A stretch of DNA of 64,000 nt, taken from Acidobacteriota bacterium (GTDB taxonomy: Bacteria > Acidobacteriota > Vicinamibacteria > Vicinamibacterales > CAVVIG01). The notes beneath the pieces were generated by a model, which was not told the DNA's origin, did not search any database, and worked only from the letters and a program-made list of their open reading frames with translations. Shown in pieces: positions 38,359 to 54,769 of the stretch. The DNA is taken from NCBI GenBank assembly GCA_028876655.1, contig JAGWRA010000280.1:1556-65555 (forward strand), in the 5' to 3' direction. A program made the position numbers and the translations under genes. Positions within the stretch are counted from its first letter, which is position 1. Every line of letters begins with the position of its first letter.

Positions 38359-39009
38359 ATGGCGAAGCAGCGGCGGGATCGTCCCGCACCCGCTACCAGA
38401 CCGCAGGGTCGAAAGTCCGCCTCCAACCCATCGGCCGGGCGTCCGCCCGCGGTCGTCGACGAAGTCGACGTCCGCCGCCGCGAGACCTTTCTGGCTGCCG
38501 TCGCGCTCTACGAGCAGGGGATGCAGGCGCTGCAGGCACGCGACTTCGGCCGCGCCGCGGCCCTCCTCTCTTCGGTTCTCGATCGGTACCCCGAGGAACT
38601 CGACCTCCACGAGCGCGTCCGTCTCTATCTGAAGATCTGCGAACGTCAGGCGACTGCGGCACCGCCGGTGCCGCAGTCGGCGCAGGAGCGGCTGTACGCC
38701 GCCACGCTGGCCCTCAATCGCGGGCGGCCGGACGATGCGCTGCGGCAGCTCGAATCGGTGCTGGCCGCCGATCCCCACAACGATCATGCGCACTACATGC
38801 TGGCCCTCGTGCGCGTGCATCGCAACGAGCTGGACCAGGCGGCCCGGGCGCTTCACCAGGCGATTGCGTTGAATCCCGACAACCGCCTGCAGGCCCGGCA
38901 GGACCCCGACCTCGAGTCGCTGCGCCAGTTGCCTGACGTCCGCGCGCTGCTCGACGCCCCACCCACGCCAGATCACCGGCGGGTCGCCCGGAGCCGCCCG
39001 TCACACTAG
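38359..39009 (+). CDS. TPR-repeat protein
   Basis: Start moved to [11 protein letters not shown] (38359). TPR-like helices ([30 protein letters not shown]; [33 protein letters not shown]). Confidence 0.6.
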   Translation: MAKQRRDRPAPATRPQGRKSASNPSAGRPPAVVDEVDVRRRETFLAAVALYEQGMQALQARDFGRAAALLSSVLDRYPEELDLHERVRLYLKICERQATAAPPVPQSAQERLYAATLALNRGRPDDALRQLESVLAADPHNDHAHYMLALVRVHRNELDQAARALHQAIALNPDNRLQARQDPDLESLRQLPDVRALLDAPPTPDHRRVARSRPSH

Positions 39010-39042
39010 CCGGCTGCCGCCGGTCCGGGCGGCGGGCATTTC

Positions 39043-40431
39043 ATGATGGACACGCATATCGTCATTCTCGCCGCCGGCAAGGGGACGCGCATGCGCTCCT
39101 CCCAGCCGAAGGTCCTGCACCGCCTGGCGGGCCTGCCGCTCATCGCCCACGTCCTGCGCGCCGCCGCTCCGCTGGCGCCGCGCTCGACGACGATCGTCAT
39201 CGGCCATGGCGGCGATCGGGTGCGCGAGGCACTGGCGGCCTGGCCCGGACTCCAGTACGCTGTGCAGGAGGAGCAGCTCGGCACGGCGCACGCGCTGCAG
39301 CAGGCCGAGTCGCGGCTGGCAGGCGCAACCGGAGCGCTGCTGGTCTTGTCGGGCGACGTGCCGCGGCTCTCGGCGGCGTCGCTCACGCGCCTGGTCGGGC
39401 ATCACGTCGCATCGGGCGCGGCGGTGACGGTGCTGACGGCGGTGGTCGATCGCCCGTACGGCTACGGCCGGATCGTCCGCATCGACGGCCGGCTGGCGCG
39501 CATCGTCGAGGAGCGCGACGCCGCGCCGGCCGAGCGGGCGATCCGGGAGATCAACAGCGGGATCTACGTCTTCAGCCTCGATTCGGTGTTCGATGCGCTG
39601 CGGGCGATCGACGCGCACAACGCGCAGGGCGAGCACTACCTGACCGACATCGTCGCGGTGTACCGCCATCGTGGCGCGCGGGTCGAGACGGTGGTCGTCG
39701 AGGATGCCGGCCAGATTCAGGGCATCAACAGCCGGAGCGAACTGGCGGAAGCAGGTACGCTGGTGAGACAGCAGAAGAACGAAGAGCTGATGGCGGCCGG
39801 GGTCACGATCGAGGATCCGGCCACGACGTACGTCGACCAGGACGTCGAGGTCGGGCCCGACACGGTGCTGCACCCGTTCGTCATCCTCGAGGGCCGGACG
39901 ACGATCGGACGCGCCTGCGAGATCCACGCCGGTACGCGCATCGTGAACTCCACGCTCGCCGACGGGGTCACGGTGCTGAATCACTGCCTGATCGTGGATT
40001 CGCGGGTCGAGACGGGGGCCAGCGTCGGCCCGTTCGCCCATCTGCGCGGGGAGAGCACCCTCGCGGCCGGCGCCCGGGTCGGCAACTTCGTCGAGCTGAA
40101 GAAGACGGTGCTCGGCCCGGGGTCCAAGGCGATGCACCACGCCTACCTGGGCGATGCGACCATCGGCGCGAAGGTGAACGTCGGCGCCGGCACGATCACC
40201 TGCAACTACGACGGCGAGCGGAAGCATCCGACCGTCATCGAGGACCACGCCTTCATCGGCAGCGATTCCCAGCTCATCGCACCGGTCACCGTCGGCCAGG
40301 GGGCGTACGTCGCCGCCGGCTCGTCGATTACCGACGATGTGCCTGCCGGCGCGCTCGCGATTGCGCGCGGCCGCCAGGTGAACAAGCCGGACTGGGCCGC
40401 GAAGAAGGCGTCGGGATCGAAGAAGGAATAG
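39043..40431 (+). CDS. glmU: bifunctional UDP-N-acetylglucosamine diphosphorylase / glucosamine-1-phosphate N-acetyltransferase
   Basis: [24 protein letters not shown]..., with C-terminal left-handed beta-helix hexapeptide repeats. Confidence 0.95.
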   Translation: MMDTHIVILAAGKGTRMRSSQPKVLHRLAGLPLIAHVLRAAAPLAPRSTTIVIGHGGDRVREALAAWPGLQYAVQEEQLGTAHALQQAESRLAGATGALLVLSGDVPRLSAASLTRLVGHHVASGAAVTVLTAVVDRPYGYGRIVRIDGRLARIVEERDAAPAERAIREINSGIYVFSLDSVFDALRAIDAHNAQGEHYLTDIVAVYRHRGARVETVVVEDAGQIQGINSRSELAEAGTLVRQQKNEELMAAGVTIEDPATTYVDQDVEVGPDTVLHPFVILEGRTTIGRACEIHAGTRIVNSTLADGVTVLNHCLIVDSRVETGASVGPFAHLRGESTLAAGARVGNFVELKKTVLGPGSKAMHHAYLGDATIGAKVNVGAGTITCNYDGERKHPTVIEDHAFIGSDSQLIAPVTVGQGAYVAAGSSITDDVPAGALAIARGRQVNKPDWAAKKASGSKKE

Positions 40432-40442
40432 ACGGCATCGAC

Positions 40443-42287
40443 ATGTGCGGGATCATTGGATACCTCGGCGACCAGCCGGTCCTTCCGGTGCTGATCGACG
40501 GTTTGCGGCGGCTCGAGTATCGCGGGTACGACTCGGCGGGCGTGGCGCTGGTGCGTGACGGGCAGGTGCTGATCCGGCGCAGTGCCGGCAAGCTCTCGCG
40601 CCTGGAGGACGCCATCGCGGCGGCGCCGGTCGACGGCGTGTACGGCATCGGGCACACGCGCTGGGCGACGCACGGCCGGCCCACGGAGGAGAACGCCCAT
40701 CCGCACCGCGACTGTACCGGCCGCATCGTCGTCATCCACAACGGCATCATCGAGAACTACCTCGACCTGAAACGCGAGCTGGCGGCCGAGCACCACAAGT
40801 TCGTCACCGAGACCGACACGGAGATCGTCGCCCACCTCGTCGAGCGCGAGATGCGCGACGACGGTCTCGAGATGGCGGTGCGGCGGGCGCTGAAGCGGCT
40901 GCGCGGCCAGTTCGCGCTGGTGCTCATCTCGGCCGACGATCCCGAGAAGATCGTCGCGGTGCGCAACGGCCCGCCGCTCGTCATCGGACTCGGCGACGGC
41001 GAGTACTTCGTCGCCTCCGACACGCCGGCCATCCTGAGCCACACGCGCGAGATGGTCTTCCTCGACGACCCCGAGATGGCCGTCGTCACCCGGCAGGGGG
41101 TCGTCTTCAGCGATTTCGAGGGGCACCCGCGCGCGCACGAGCCGCAGCACATCACGTGGGACCCGATCATGGCCGAGAAGGCCGGCTACAAGCACTTCAT
41201 GCTCAAGGAGATCTTCGAGCAGCCGGCCGCGGTGCGCGAGACGATCCTCGGGCGGGTGTCGCTCGAGAAGGGCCACGTGTTCCTCGATGAAATGGCGATC
41301 ACCGAGGACCAGTTCCGCCGCGTCGAGCGGCTGTCGATTCTCGCGTGCGGGACGTCGTGGCACGCCGGCCTGATCGGGAAGTACCTCATCGAGTCGCTCG
41401 CGCAGCTGCCGGTCGAGGTCGACTACGGGTCGGAATACCGGTACCGCGATCCGATTGCCGGGCCGGACGTCCTGGCGGTCGTCATCACGCAGTCGGGCGA
41501 AACGGCGGACACGCTGGCGGCGCTGCGCGAGGCGAAGCGCAAGGGCGCCCTGACGCTCGCCATCTGCAACGTCGTCGGCAGCATGGCGACGCGCGAGAGC
41601 CACGGCACGCTGTACACCCATGCCGGGCCCGAGATCGGCGTGGCCTCCACCAAGGCCTTCACGTCGCAGCTCGTCGCGCTCTACCTGCTGGCGCTCTATC
41701 TCGGCCAGATCCGCGGCACGCTCCCGCCGGCGGCCCTCCGGCCGCACCTCGAGGCCCTGCTGCGGCTGCCCGCCTTCATCGAGCAGGCGCTCAAGGAAGC
41801 CCCGGCCATCGAGGAGATCGCCGGGCGGTTCCACAACCGGAGCGATTTCCTGTACCTCGGGCGCGGCATCAACTATCCGATCGCCCTCGAAGGCGCGCTG
41901 AAGCTGAAGGAGATTTCGTACATCCACGCCGAGGGCTATCCCGCCGGCGAGATGAAGCACGGCCCGATCGCGCTCATCGACGAGGACATGCCGGTCGTGG
42001 CGCTCGCGCCACGCGATGCGGTCTTCGAGAAGATGCTCGGCAACATCCAGGAGGCCAAGGCGCGCGGCGGGACGGTGATTGCCGTCGCCACCGGCGAGGA
42101 CGAAGACGTGCGCAGCCTCCTCGATCCGGCCGCCGACGTCCTGCTCAGCGTGCCGGAGGTGCCGGCGCTGCTGATGCCGATCGTGCTGGTGATTCCGCTG
42201 CAGCTGCTGGCGTACGACATCGCCGTCCGCCGGGGGTGCGACGTGGATCAGCCGCGCAACCTCGCCAAGAGCGTCACGGTGGAATAG
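40443..42287 (+). CDS. glmS: glutamine--fructose-6-phosphate aminotransferase
   Basis: [10 protein letters not shown]-terminal nucleophile, two SIS domains, C-terminal ...[11 protein letters not shown]. Confidence 0.95.
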   Translation: MCGIIGYLGDQPVLPVLIDGLRRLEYRGYDSAGVALVRDGQVLIRRSAGKLSRLEDAIAAAPVDGVYGIGHTRWATHGRPTEENAHPHRDCTGRIVVIHNGIIENYLDLKRELAAEHHKFVTETDTEIVAHLVEREMRDDGLEMAVRRALKRLRGQFALVLISADDPEKIVAVRNGPPLVIGLGDGEYFVASDTPAILSHTREMVFLDDPEMAVVTRQGVVFSDFEGHPRAHEPQHITWDPIMAEKAGYKHFMLKEIFEQPAAVRETILGRVSLEKGHVFLDEMAITEDQFRRVERLSILACGTSWHAGLIGKYLIESLAQLPVEVDYGSEYRYRDPIAGPDVLAVVITQSGETADTLAALREAKRKGALTLAICNVVGSMATRESHGTLYTHAGPEIGVASTKAFTSQLVALYLLALYLGQIRGTLPPAALRPHLEALLRLPAFIEQALKEAPAIEEIAGRFHNRSDFLYLGRGINYPIALEGALKLKEISYIHAEGYPAGEMKHGPIALIDEDMPVVALAPRDAVFEKMLGNIQEAKARGGTVIAVATGEDEDVRSLLDPAADVLLSVPEVPALLMPIVLVIPLQLLAYDIAVRRGCDVDQPRNLAKSVTVE

Positions 42288-42328
42288 CGCCGGGCCGCCG
42301 TCGGCATCCCCGGTTCGCGGTCGCAGTC

Positions 42329-44611
42329 ATGGATTTCCTCGAGTCCCTCAATCCCGAACAGCGCGAGGCCGCCGCCCACGTCGACGGCCCGCTGCTCATC
42401 CTCGCCGGCGCCGGCTCGGGCAAGACCCGCGTCATCGCGCATCGCATCGCGTACCTCGTCGCCGGCGGCCATGCCGGCCCCGACGAGGTGCTGGCCGTCA
42501 CCTTCACGAACAAGGCCGCGGGCGAGATGCGCGGCCGCGTCGAGGCGCTGCTCGACCGCGACTGCGGCCGGATGTGGATCTCCACGTTCCACTCCCTCTG
42601 CGCCCGGCTGCTGCGCCGCGAGGCGCCGGCCATCGGCCTCTCCCGCGACTTCGTCATCTACGACTCGACCGACCAGCTCGCCGTCGTCAAGCAGGCCCTC
42701 AAGAGCCTGAACATCGACGATGCGTTCATCCAGCCGCGGGCCGCCCTCTCGCGGATCAGCCACGCGAAGAACCGCATGGTCGATCCCGACGAGCTCGAGT
42801 CCACCGGCTGGAACCGGCGCGACGAGCAGATGGCGAAGGTCTACGCCTTCTACCGGCAGGCGCTGCGCGACAGCAACGCCCTCGACTTCGACGACCTCCT
42901 GCTCTCCAGCGTCCAGCTGTTCGAGGAGGCCGAGCAGGTGCGGCGGCGCTATGCGGGGCAGTTCCGGTTCATCATGGTCGACGAGTACCAGGACACGAAC
43001 CGGCCGCAGTACCTCCTGATCCGGCGGCTCGCCGAGACCCACCGCAACGTCTGCGTGGTCGGCGACCCGGATCAGTCGATCTACAAGTGGCGCGGCGCGG
43101 ACCTGCGGAACATCCTGGACTTCGAGGAAGACTTCCCCGAAACCACGGTCGTCCGGCTGGAACGGAACTACCGATCCACCCAGATCATCCTGGACGCCGC
43201 CTCGGCGGTGATCAGCCGGAACCGGAACCGGAAGGACAAGCGGCTCTGGACGGATCGCCGGGGCGGCGCGAAGATCACCTGCTTCCGCGGCACCGACGAG
43301 CTGGCCGAGGCCGACTACATCGTCCGGACGGCTGCCGGGGCGCTGGCCGACGATCGCGGCACCACACTGGCCGTGCTCTATCGCACCAACGCCCAGTCCC
43401 GCGCGATCGAAGATGCGCTGATGCGCGAGGGGATCGCCTACCGCATCGTCGGGGGCGTCCGCTTCTACGAGCGGAAGGAGATCAAGGACGCCCTGGCCTA
43501 TCTCAAGCTCATCATCAATCCCCACGACGACGTGAGCCTGCGCCGCGTGATCAACGTGCCGGCCCGCGGCATCGGCAAGGGCGTCATGGACGCGCTGGAG
43601 AACGCCGAGCCGGCGGGCGCGGCGCCGGCCGACATGCCGCCCCTGCTCGCCGCCGGGCTGCAGCCGTCGCCCAACGCCTCCTCGCTCTGGTCGCGGCTGG
43701 TCTACGGCCTCGAGAGCCAGGCGTTCGCGAACCGGGCCCGGGCGTCGCTGACGGTCTTCCGGGACCTCATCGTCGCCCTGTCGGACGTGGCCCGGCGCGA
43801 GCCGGTATCGACCGCGCTCGAGCGGCTGCTCGACCAGAGCGGCTACGTGCAGGACCTGCGCGACGACCGGACGGAGGATGCGGACGAGCGGATCGGCAAC
43901 CTGATGGAGCTCGTCTCGGCCGCTCGCGAGTACGAGGCACGCGAGCCGGAGGCGTCGATCGGGGGCTTCGTGGACCGCCTGTCGCTCCTGTCGGAAGCGG
44001 ACGAGGAGTCAGGGACGAAGGACGCGCACGTCTGGCTGATGACGCTCCACAGCGCCAAGGGGCTCGAGTTCCCGGTTGTCATCATGACCGGCCTCGAGGA
44101 GCGCCTGTTCCCGCACGCGCGCGCGGCGGACGACGACGCCGAGCTGGAGGAGGAACGCCGCCTCTGCTACGTCGGCATGACACGCGCCCGGAACCGGCTC
44201 ATTCTGACGAGCGCCGCCCGGCGGCGCATCTTCGGCGAGTACCAGAACACGGAGCCGTCGCGCTTCATCGGCGAGGTGCCGGCCGAGCTGGTCGACTTCA
44301 TCGAGGCCTCGTGGGGCGGTGGCTACCAGAGCAGCCTGTCGACCTGGGGCGGCGCCCGCGAGCGCGGCTTCCGCACCGATCGCCCGGGGCGCGAGGCGGT
44401 CGAGACGCAGGCGCCGGCGTTCGCCGCCGAGGACGAGGATCAGTCCGTGCCGGCGCTCCGTCCCGGCTCGCAGGTCCGCCATCCGCAGTTCGGCGTCGGC
44501 AGCGTGATCAGCGTCGAGCCGCTCGAGGGGGACGCGAAGGTCGTCGTCCGCTTCAACACGGTCGGACGGAAGACGCTGCGGGCGAAGTACGCGAAGCTCG
44601 AACTGGCCTGA
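42329..44611 (+). CDS. uvrD: ATP-dependent DNA helicase UvrD/PcrA
   Basis: MDFLESLNPEQREAAAHVDGPLLILAGAGSGKTRV..., VDEYQDTN, YRSTQ. Start set at ATG 42329; the upstream 328 codons of ORF 41345..44611 overlap glmS and are not coding. Confidence 0.9.
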   Translation: MDFLESLNPEQREAAAHVDGPLLILAGAGSGKTRVIAHRIAYLVAGGHAGPDEVLAVTFTNKAAGEMRGRVEALLDRDCGRMWISTFHSLCARLLRREAPAIGLSRDFVIYDSTDQLAVVKQALKSLNIDDAFIQPRAALSRISHAKNRMVDPDELESTGWNRRDEQMAKVYAFYRQALRDSNALDFDDLLLSSVQLFEEAEQVRRRYAGQFRFIMVDEYQDTNRPQYLLIRRLAETHRNVCVVGDPDQSIYKWRGADLRNILDFEEDFPETTVVRLERNYRSTQIILDAASAVISRNRNRKDKRLWTDRRGGAKITCFRGTDELAEADYIVRTAAGALADDRGTTLAVLYRTNAQSRAIEDALMREGIAYRIVGGVRFYERKEIKDALAYLKLIINPHDDVSLRRVINVPARGIGKGVMDALENAEPAGAAPADMPPLLAAGLQPSPNASSLWSRLVYGLESQAFANRARASLTVFRDLIVALSDVARREPVSTALERLLDQSGYVQDLRDDRTEDADERIGNLMELVSAAREYEAREPEASIGGFVDRLSLLSEADEESGTKDAHVWLMTLHSAKGLEFPVVIMTGLEERLFPHARAADDDAELEEERRLCYVGMTRARNRLILTSAARRRIFGEYQNTEPSRFIGEVPAELVDFIEASWGGGYQSSLSTWGGARERGFRTDRPGREAVETQAPAFAAEDEDQSVPALRPGSQVRHPQFGVGSVISVEPLEGDAKVVVRFNTVGRKTLRAKYAKLELA

Positions 44612-44677
44612 GGATTCGACGCGGGAAGGGATCCGACCCGGACGAGGGGCCTGGAGGCTGCAGAGCGCGGGATGCGG

Positions 44678-44702
44678 GCCGGGGCCCCGGCGCCTGACGC
44701 CC
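44678..44702 (-). repeat. intergenic repeat element, partial inverted copy
   Basis: GCCGGGGCCCCGGCGCCTGACGCC matches the reverse complement of the hairpin + GTCAG part of the 35120/63177 element. Confidence 0.4.
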
Positions 44703-44737
44703 GGAGCCCCCACCCTCGCATTCAGAAAGGCCGGACG

Positions 44738-45466
44738 CTAGCCCACCTTGACGTTCGTGATCACCCACCGGCCTTCGATCGGCTTGCCGTCGGCGCCGGT
44801 GAAGGTGGCCTTCTTCATCGTGACGACGATGTTCGTCTTCGCGGTTCCACCGCCGTTGGGCTTGGTCAGATTGGCCGAGACGGTCACGTCCTTCGACAGC
44901 ACCTGGCCGTTGAACTGGTTGATGTCGATCGGGTTCGGGCGGGCGCCGTTGATGCTGAGCTGGGCCACGCCGCTGGCATCGGTCAGCGCCTGCTGCGCGT
45001 CGGAGACCTTCTTGGTCGAGTCCTCGGTCTCCTTCCGCCACTGATCCCAATCCGTCTTCACCTGCTCGTCGCGCTTCTCCACCTTGCCGTTGCCCGCCTC
45101 GGCCTTCAGGACGCGCTCGATGGCCTCCATGTGGTCGTTCTGGTAGGCGAGCTTCTTCTTGGTGAAGGCATCGTCGGCCGCCTTGGCCGCGGCGAGCTTT
45201 GCCGAGAGATCCTTGAGCAGCAGGGGCTGGCTCTGTTCGGGCGTGACGTTGGTGATCGAGAACGACATCACCGATCCCTGCGTCGTCGGATCGAGCGAGA
45301 CGGCCGCGAAGTTCGCGAGCGTCTGGTTGTCCCGCAGCCGCGAGGCCGTGAAGAACTGCTGCAGGATTGGCTGTTCGGGTTGGCTCGAGCAGGCGGTCAG
45401 AAGCAGACCGGTCGCCATGAGCGCAGGGGCGAGTAGAGCAAGTCCCGTGAACCTCGGCCGATGCAT
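44738..45466 (-). CDS. hypothetical lipoprotein
   Basis: MHRPRFTGLALLAPALMATGLLLTAC has a lipobox (LLTAC). No family call. Confidence 0.6.
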   Translation of the reverse strand: MHRPRFTGLALLAPALMATGLLLTACSSQPEQPILQQFFTASRLRDNQTLANFAAVSLDPTTQGSVMSFSITNVTPEQSQPLLLKDLSAKLAAAKAADDAFTKKKLAYQNDHMEAIERVLKAEAGNGKVEKRDEQVKTDWDQWRKETEDSTKKVSDAQQALTDASGVAQLSINGARPNPIDINQFNGQVLSKDVTVSANLTKPNGGGTAKTNIVVTMKKATFTGADGKPIEGRWVITNVKVG

Positions 45467-45479
45467 ACCAGCCCTCCTT

Positions 45480-47963
<2,484 letters not shown>

Positions 47964-47979
47964 GGGTGAACTGGGTCGG

Positions 47980-48007
47980 CTACGAGCTACGGACTACAGG
48001 CTACGGG
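47980..48007. repeat. 4 x 7-nt tandem repeat CTACRRG
   Basis: CTACGAG CTACGGA CTACAGG CTACGGG in the gyrB-gyrA intergenic region. Confidence 0.5.
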
Positions 48008-48068
48008 GTTGCCGGGTGCGGGGCGCAGCGCGGGGCTCCGGAGCCTGAAGCCCGGAGCCTGTCGCCCG

Positions 48069-52057
<3,989 letters not shown>

Positions 52058-52058
<1 letters not shown>

Positions 52059-53416
52059 CACCGGAAAGCCTCCAGGAACGTCGCGATCTGGGTGTTGAAA
52101 TCTCCGTCCGACCGGCGCAGCTCCTCCACCTTCCGGATGGAATGGATGACCGTCGAATGGTGCTTGCCGCCGAAGCTGCGGCCGATCTCCGGCAGTGACG
52201 CCCGCGTGAGCATCTTGCAGAGGTACATCGCAATCTGCCGCGGCATGGCCACCGACTTCGAGTTGTTGCGCGACTTCAGGTCGGCCAGCTTCAGCTGGTA
52301 GTAGTCGGCCACGTATTTCTGGATGATCTCGATCGTGACGGCGCGCTCGTCGTGGTCCAGGATGTTCTTCAGGACCTCCTGGGCGAGCGGCAGCGACAAC
52401 TCGCGCCCCGTGAGCGAGGCGTACGCCACCAGGCGGATGAGCGAGCCCTCGAGCTCGCGGATGTTCGACTTGATCTTCCCGGCGATGTAGATCGCGACGT
52501 TGTCGGGGAGCGGGACGGCCTCCGCCTCGGCCTTTTTCTTGAGGATGGCGACCTTCGTCTCGAGATCCGGCGGCTGGATGTCGGCAATCAGGCCCCATTC
52601 GAAGCGCGATCGCAGGCGCTCCTCGAGCGAAGGGATCTCGTGCGGCGGGCAGTCGCTGCTGAGGACGATCTGCTTCTGCGCCTCGTGCAGGGCGTTGAAC
52701 GTGTGGAAGAACTCGGTCTGCGTCCCTTCCTTGCCGGCCAGGAACTGGATGTCGTCCACGAGCAACACGTCCACGGTGCGATAGCGCTCGCGGAAGTCGA
52801 TGATGTGGTCGTACCGCAGTGCGTTGATCATCTCGTTCATGAAGCGCTCGGACGAGATGTACGTGAGCTTCAGGTGCGGGTCGTGCTCGAGCACGTAGTG
52901 GCCGACGGCGTGCATCAGGTGCGTCTTGCCGAGCCCCACACCGCCGTAGATGAACAGCGGGTTGTAGGAGCGGGACGGCGCCTCGGCAACCGCACGGCAT
53001 GCGGCGTGCGCGAACTGGTTCGACGACCCGACGATGAAGGTGTCGAAGGTGTAGCGGGGGTTGAGGCCCCCGAGACCCGACCCGCCGGCCGCCGCCGGCA
53101 GCGGATCCAGCGGGGGAGGCTCGGGTGCCGGCTGGGGATCCTGCAATTCGACGGGTGCCGGCACCGGCGTCGCGGCACCCCCGGTGACGAACACCACCGT
53201 GACGCCCGTGCGACGGACGTCACCCAGCGCCTCGTTGATGACCGCGGAGTAGTGCTTGGTGAGCCAGTCCTTGAACAGCGGGTTCGGCACGCGCACCGTG
53301 AGCGTGTCGCCGGTCTCTCCGACGAAGCTGGTCGGCTTGAACCAGGTGTAGAAGCTGTGCCGGTTCACCTTACTCTCGATCCGCGCGAGCACGTCGTCCC
53401 AGATGTTTCCCGTCAT
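52058..53416 (-). CDS. dnaA: chromosomal replication initiator protein DnaA
   Basis: MTGNIWDDVLARIESKVNRHSFYTWFKPT..., AAA+ core (NPLFIYGGVGLGKTHLMHAVG), C-terminal DNA-binding domain (GGKHHSTVIHSIRKV). Start at ATG 53416; the upstream ORF extension is rejected. Confidence 0.95.
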
Positions 53417-53641
53417 AGCGCCTGCGCCCGATCCATCCGCGCCGCACCCGGCAGAACGAGGCCGAAATCCGGATGAAAAATGCCTGTTACACGACTTTCG
53501 CCCATGAACGGTCTCATAAGCCCGGGAAACTCGCGGGTGAGCCGTCGGGAAGCGTTCAGTGATGGGCATTCCGGACTTTCGCCCGCGCTCAAATCCTTGG
53601 TTTTCGGCCCTCTTGGCTGATGCGTGGCTGAAGAAGCCCGA

Positions 53642-53673
53642 ATTTCCACAGTTTTTTCCACAGGTGTGGAAAA
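53642..53673. promoter_or_regulatory. cluster of three DnaA boxes
   Basis: ATTTCCACA (53642-53650), TTTTCCACA (53654-53662) and inverted TGTGGAAAA (53665-53673). They match TTWTNCACA with 1, 0 and 0 mismatches. Confidence 0.65.
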
Positions 53674-53921
53674 CTCTGGGAAGAGACCGAATATTGTGTC
53701 CATATGCGGGATGGCCGGGGAGGCGGAAGAGGGCGAATGTAGCACAGAGCTGCCCGGGACTGCCAGAGCCTTCAACTGTCTGGTGCAGCGGGCGGATATT
53801 TGCACCCGGATCGATTGACAGTCCCCAGAGGGCTCCGCTACCATTGATGGTTCTTGACTTTGCGATGGCTCCAGACGGCGCCGAGAAGCGCCCGGAACAC
53901 AAGCGTTCATAAGGGTTTCCG

Positions 53922-54074
53922 ATGAAGGGTAAGCGCACATATCAGCCCAACAACCGCCGTCGCCATCGGGCTCACGGCTTCCTGGTCCGGATGCAGACGA
54001 AGAACGGCCGTCTGGTGCTGAAGCGGCGCCGGGCCAAGGGCCGCAAGCGTCTGACCGTCAGCGACGAGGGCTGA
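53922..54074 (+). CDS. rpmH: 50S ribosomal protein L34
   Basis: Not in the ORF track (<60 aa). ATG 53922 translates to [50 protein letters not shown], with stop at 54072-54074. Confidence 0.9.
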   Translation: MKGKRTYQPNNRRRHRAHGFLVRMQTKNGRLVLKRRRAKGRKRLTVSDEG

Positions 54075-54138
54075 AGCGGTCGCCCCAGAGCCGGGCTCGA
54101 GGGCGGCCGGGCCGGACGCGTGCCGCAGGGGGCAGATC

Positions 54139-54489
54139 ATGGCCGAACCCAGGGCCGCGACCCGTATCCGTCGTCGCGCTGAATTCCAGCGCGTCTACGA
54201 GAGCGGCACCCGGAGTCACGGGCGGTTCAGCACCGTCTTCTTCCTGCCGAACACCCTCGGCGTCACGCGTCTCGGCATCGCCGCCACGCGCAAGCTGGGC
54301 GGGGCAGTGCAGCGCAACCGGGCCAAGCGGCTGGTGCGCGAGCTCTTCAGGCGTCATCCGGCCACGGCGGGCTTCGATATCGTGGTCATTCCCAGGCTCG
54401 AGCTGCTGAAGGCGAGTTTTGCCAGCCTTGAAGCCGACTACCGATCCCACCTCGACCGCGCCCTCCGCCGCCGGCGGGCCGCCCGCTGA
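54139..54489 (+). CDS. rnpA: ribonuclease P protein component
   Basis: [30 protein letters not shown] ... [23 protein letters not shown]. Confidence 0.9.
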   Translation: MAEPRAATRIRRRAEFQRVYESGTRSHGRFSTVFFLPNTLGVTRLGIAATRKLGGAVQRNRAKRLVRELFRRHPATAGFDIVVIPRLELLKASFASLEADYRSHLDRALRRRRAAR

Positions 54490-54760
54490 TCCCGGGCTGC
54501 CGGCGCGTCTCGTGCTGGTTGCGCTCAGAGGCTACAAGATCCTGATTTCTCCGTTGTTTACGGGTTCCTGCCGGTACGTGCCTTCCTGCTCGACCTATAC
54601 GGCAGAGGCGGTCCGGCGGTACGGCGCCCTCCGGGGAGGGTGGCTGGGGCTGAAACGGCTCAGTCGTTGTCATCCGTTCGGTGCGTCCGGCTACGACCCG
54701 GTGCCGGAACCCGACGTTATCCGGTCGACAGCGACCACCACCACCACCCGCACGGTCTGA
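54419..54760 (+). CDS. yidD: membrane protein insertion efficiency factor YidD
   Basis: [64 protein letters not shown]. There is no in-frame ATG; the true start is probably internal (e.g. GTG 54512) rather than 54419. Confidence 0.75.
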   Translation: MPALKPTTDPTSTAPSAAGGPPADPGLPARLVLVALRGYKILISPLFTGSCRYVPSCSTYTAEAVRRYGALRGGWLGLKRLSRCHPFGASGYDPVPEPDVIRSTATTTTTRTV

Positions 54761-54769
54761 TCGCGCCCC

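Noticed and set aside
40432-40442. glmS ribozyme upstream of glmS
   Set aside because: Only 11 nt separate glmU and glmS, so there is no room for a ribozyme.
41345-42328. N-terminal 328-codon extension of the UvrD ORF (1088 aa in the ORF track)
   Set aside because: It overlaps glmS in another frame and is low-complexity. Helicase homology starts at MDFLESLNPEQ (ATG 42329).
47980-48007. 4 x 7-nt tandem repeat CTACRRG between gyrA and gyrB; similar GTAGCC/AGCCCGGAGCC motifs occur near 32770-32810
   Set aside because: Too short and degenerate to interpret. Noted as a feature only.
53417-53938. 174-codon N-terminal extension of the dnaA ORF
   Set aside because: DnaA homology begins at MTGNIWDDVLARIE (ATG 53416). 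The extension covers the DnaA-box region and runs past the rpmH start.
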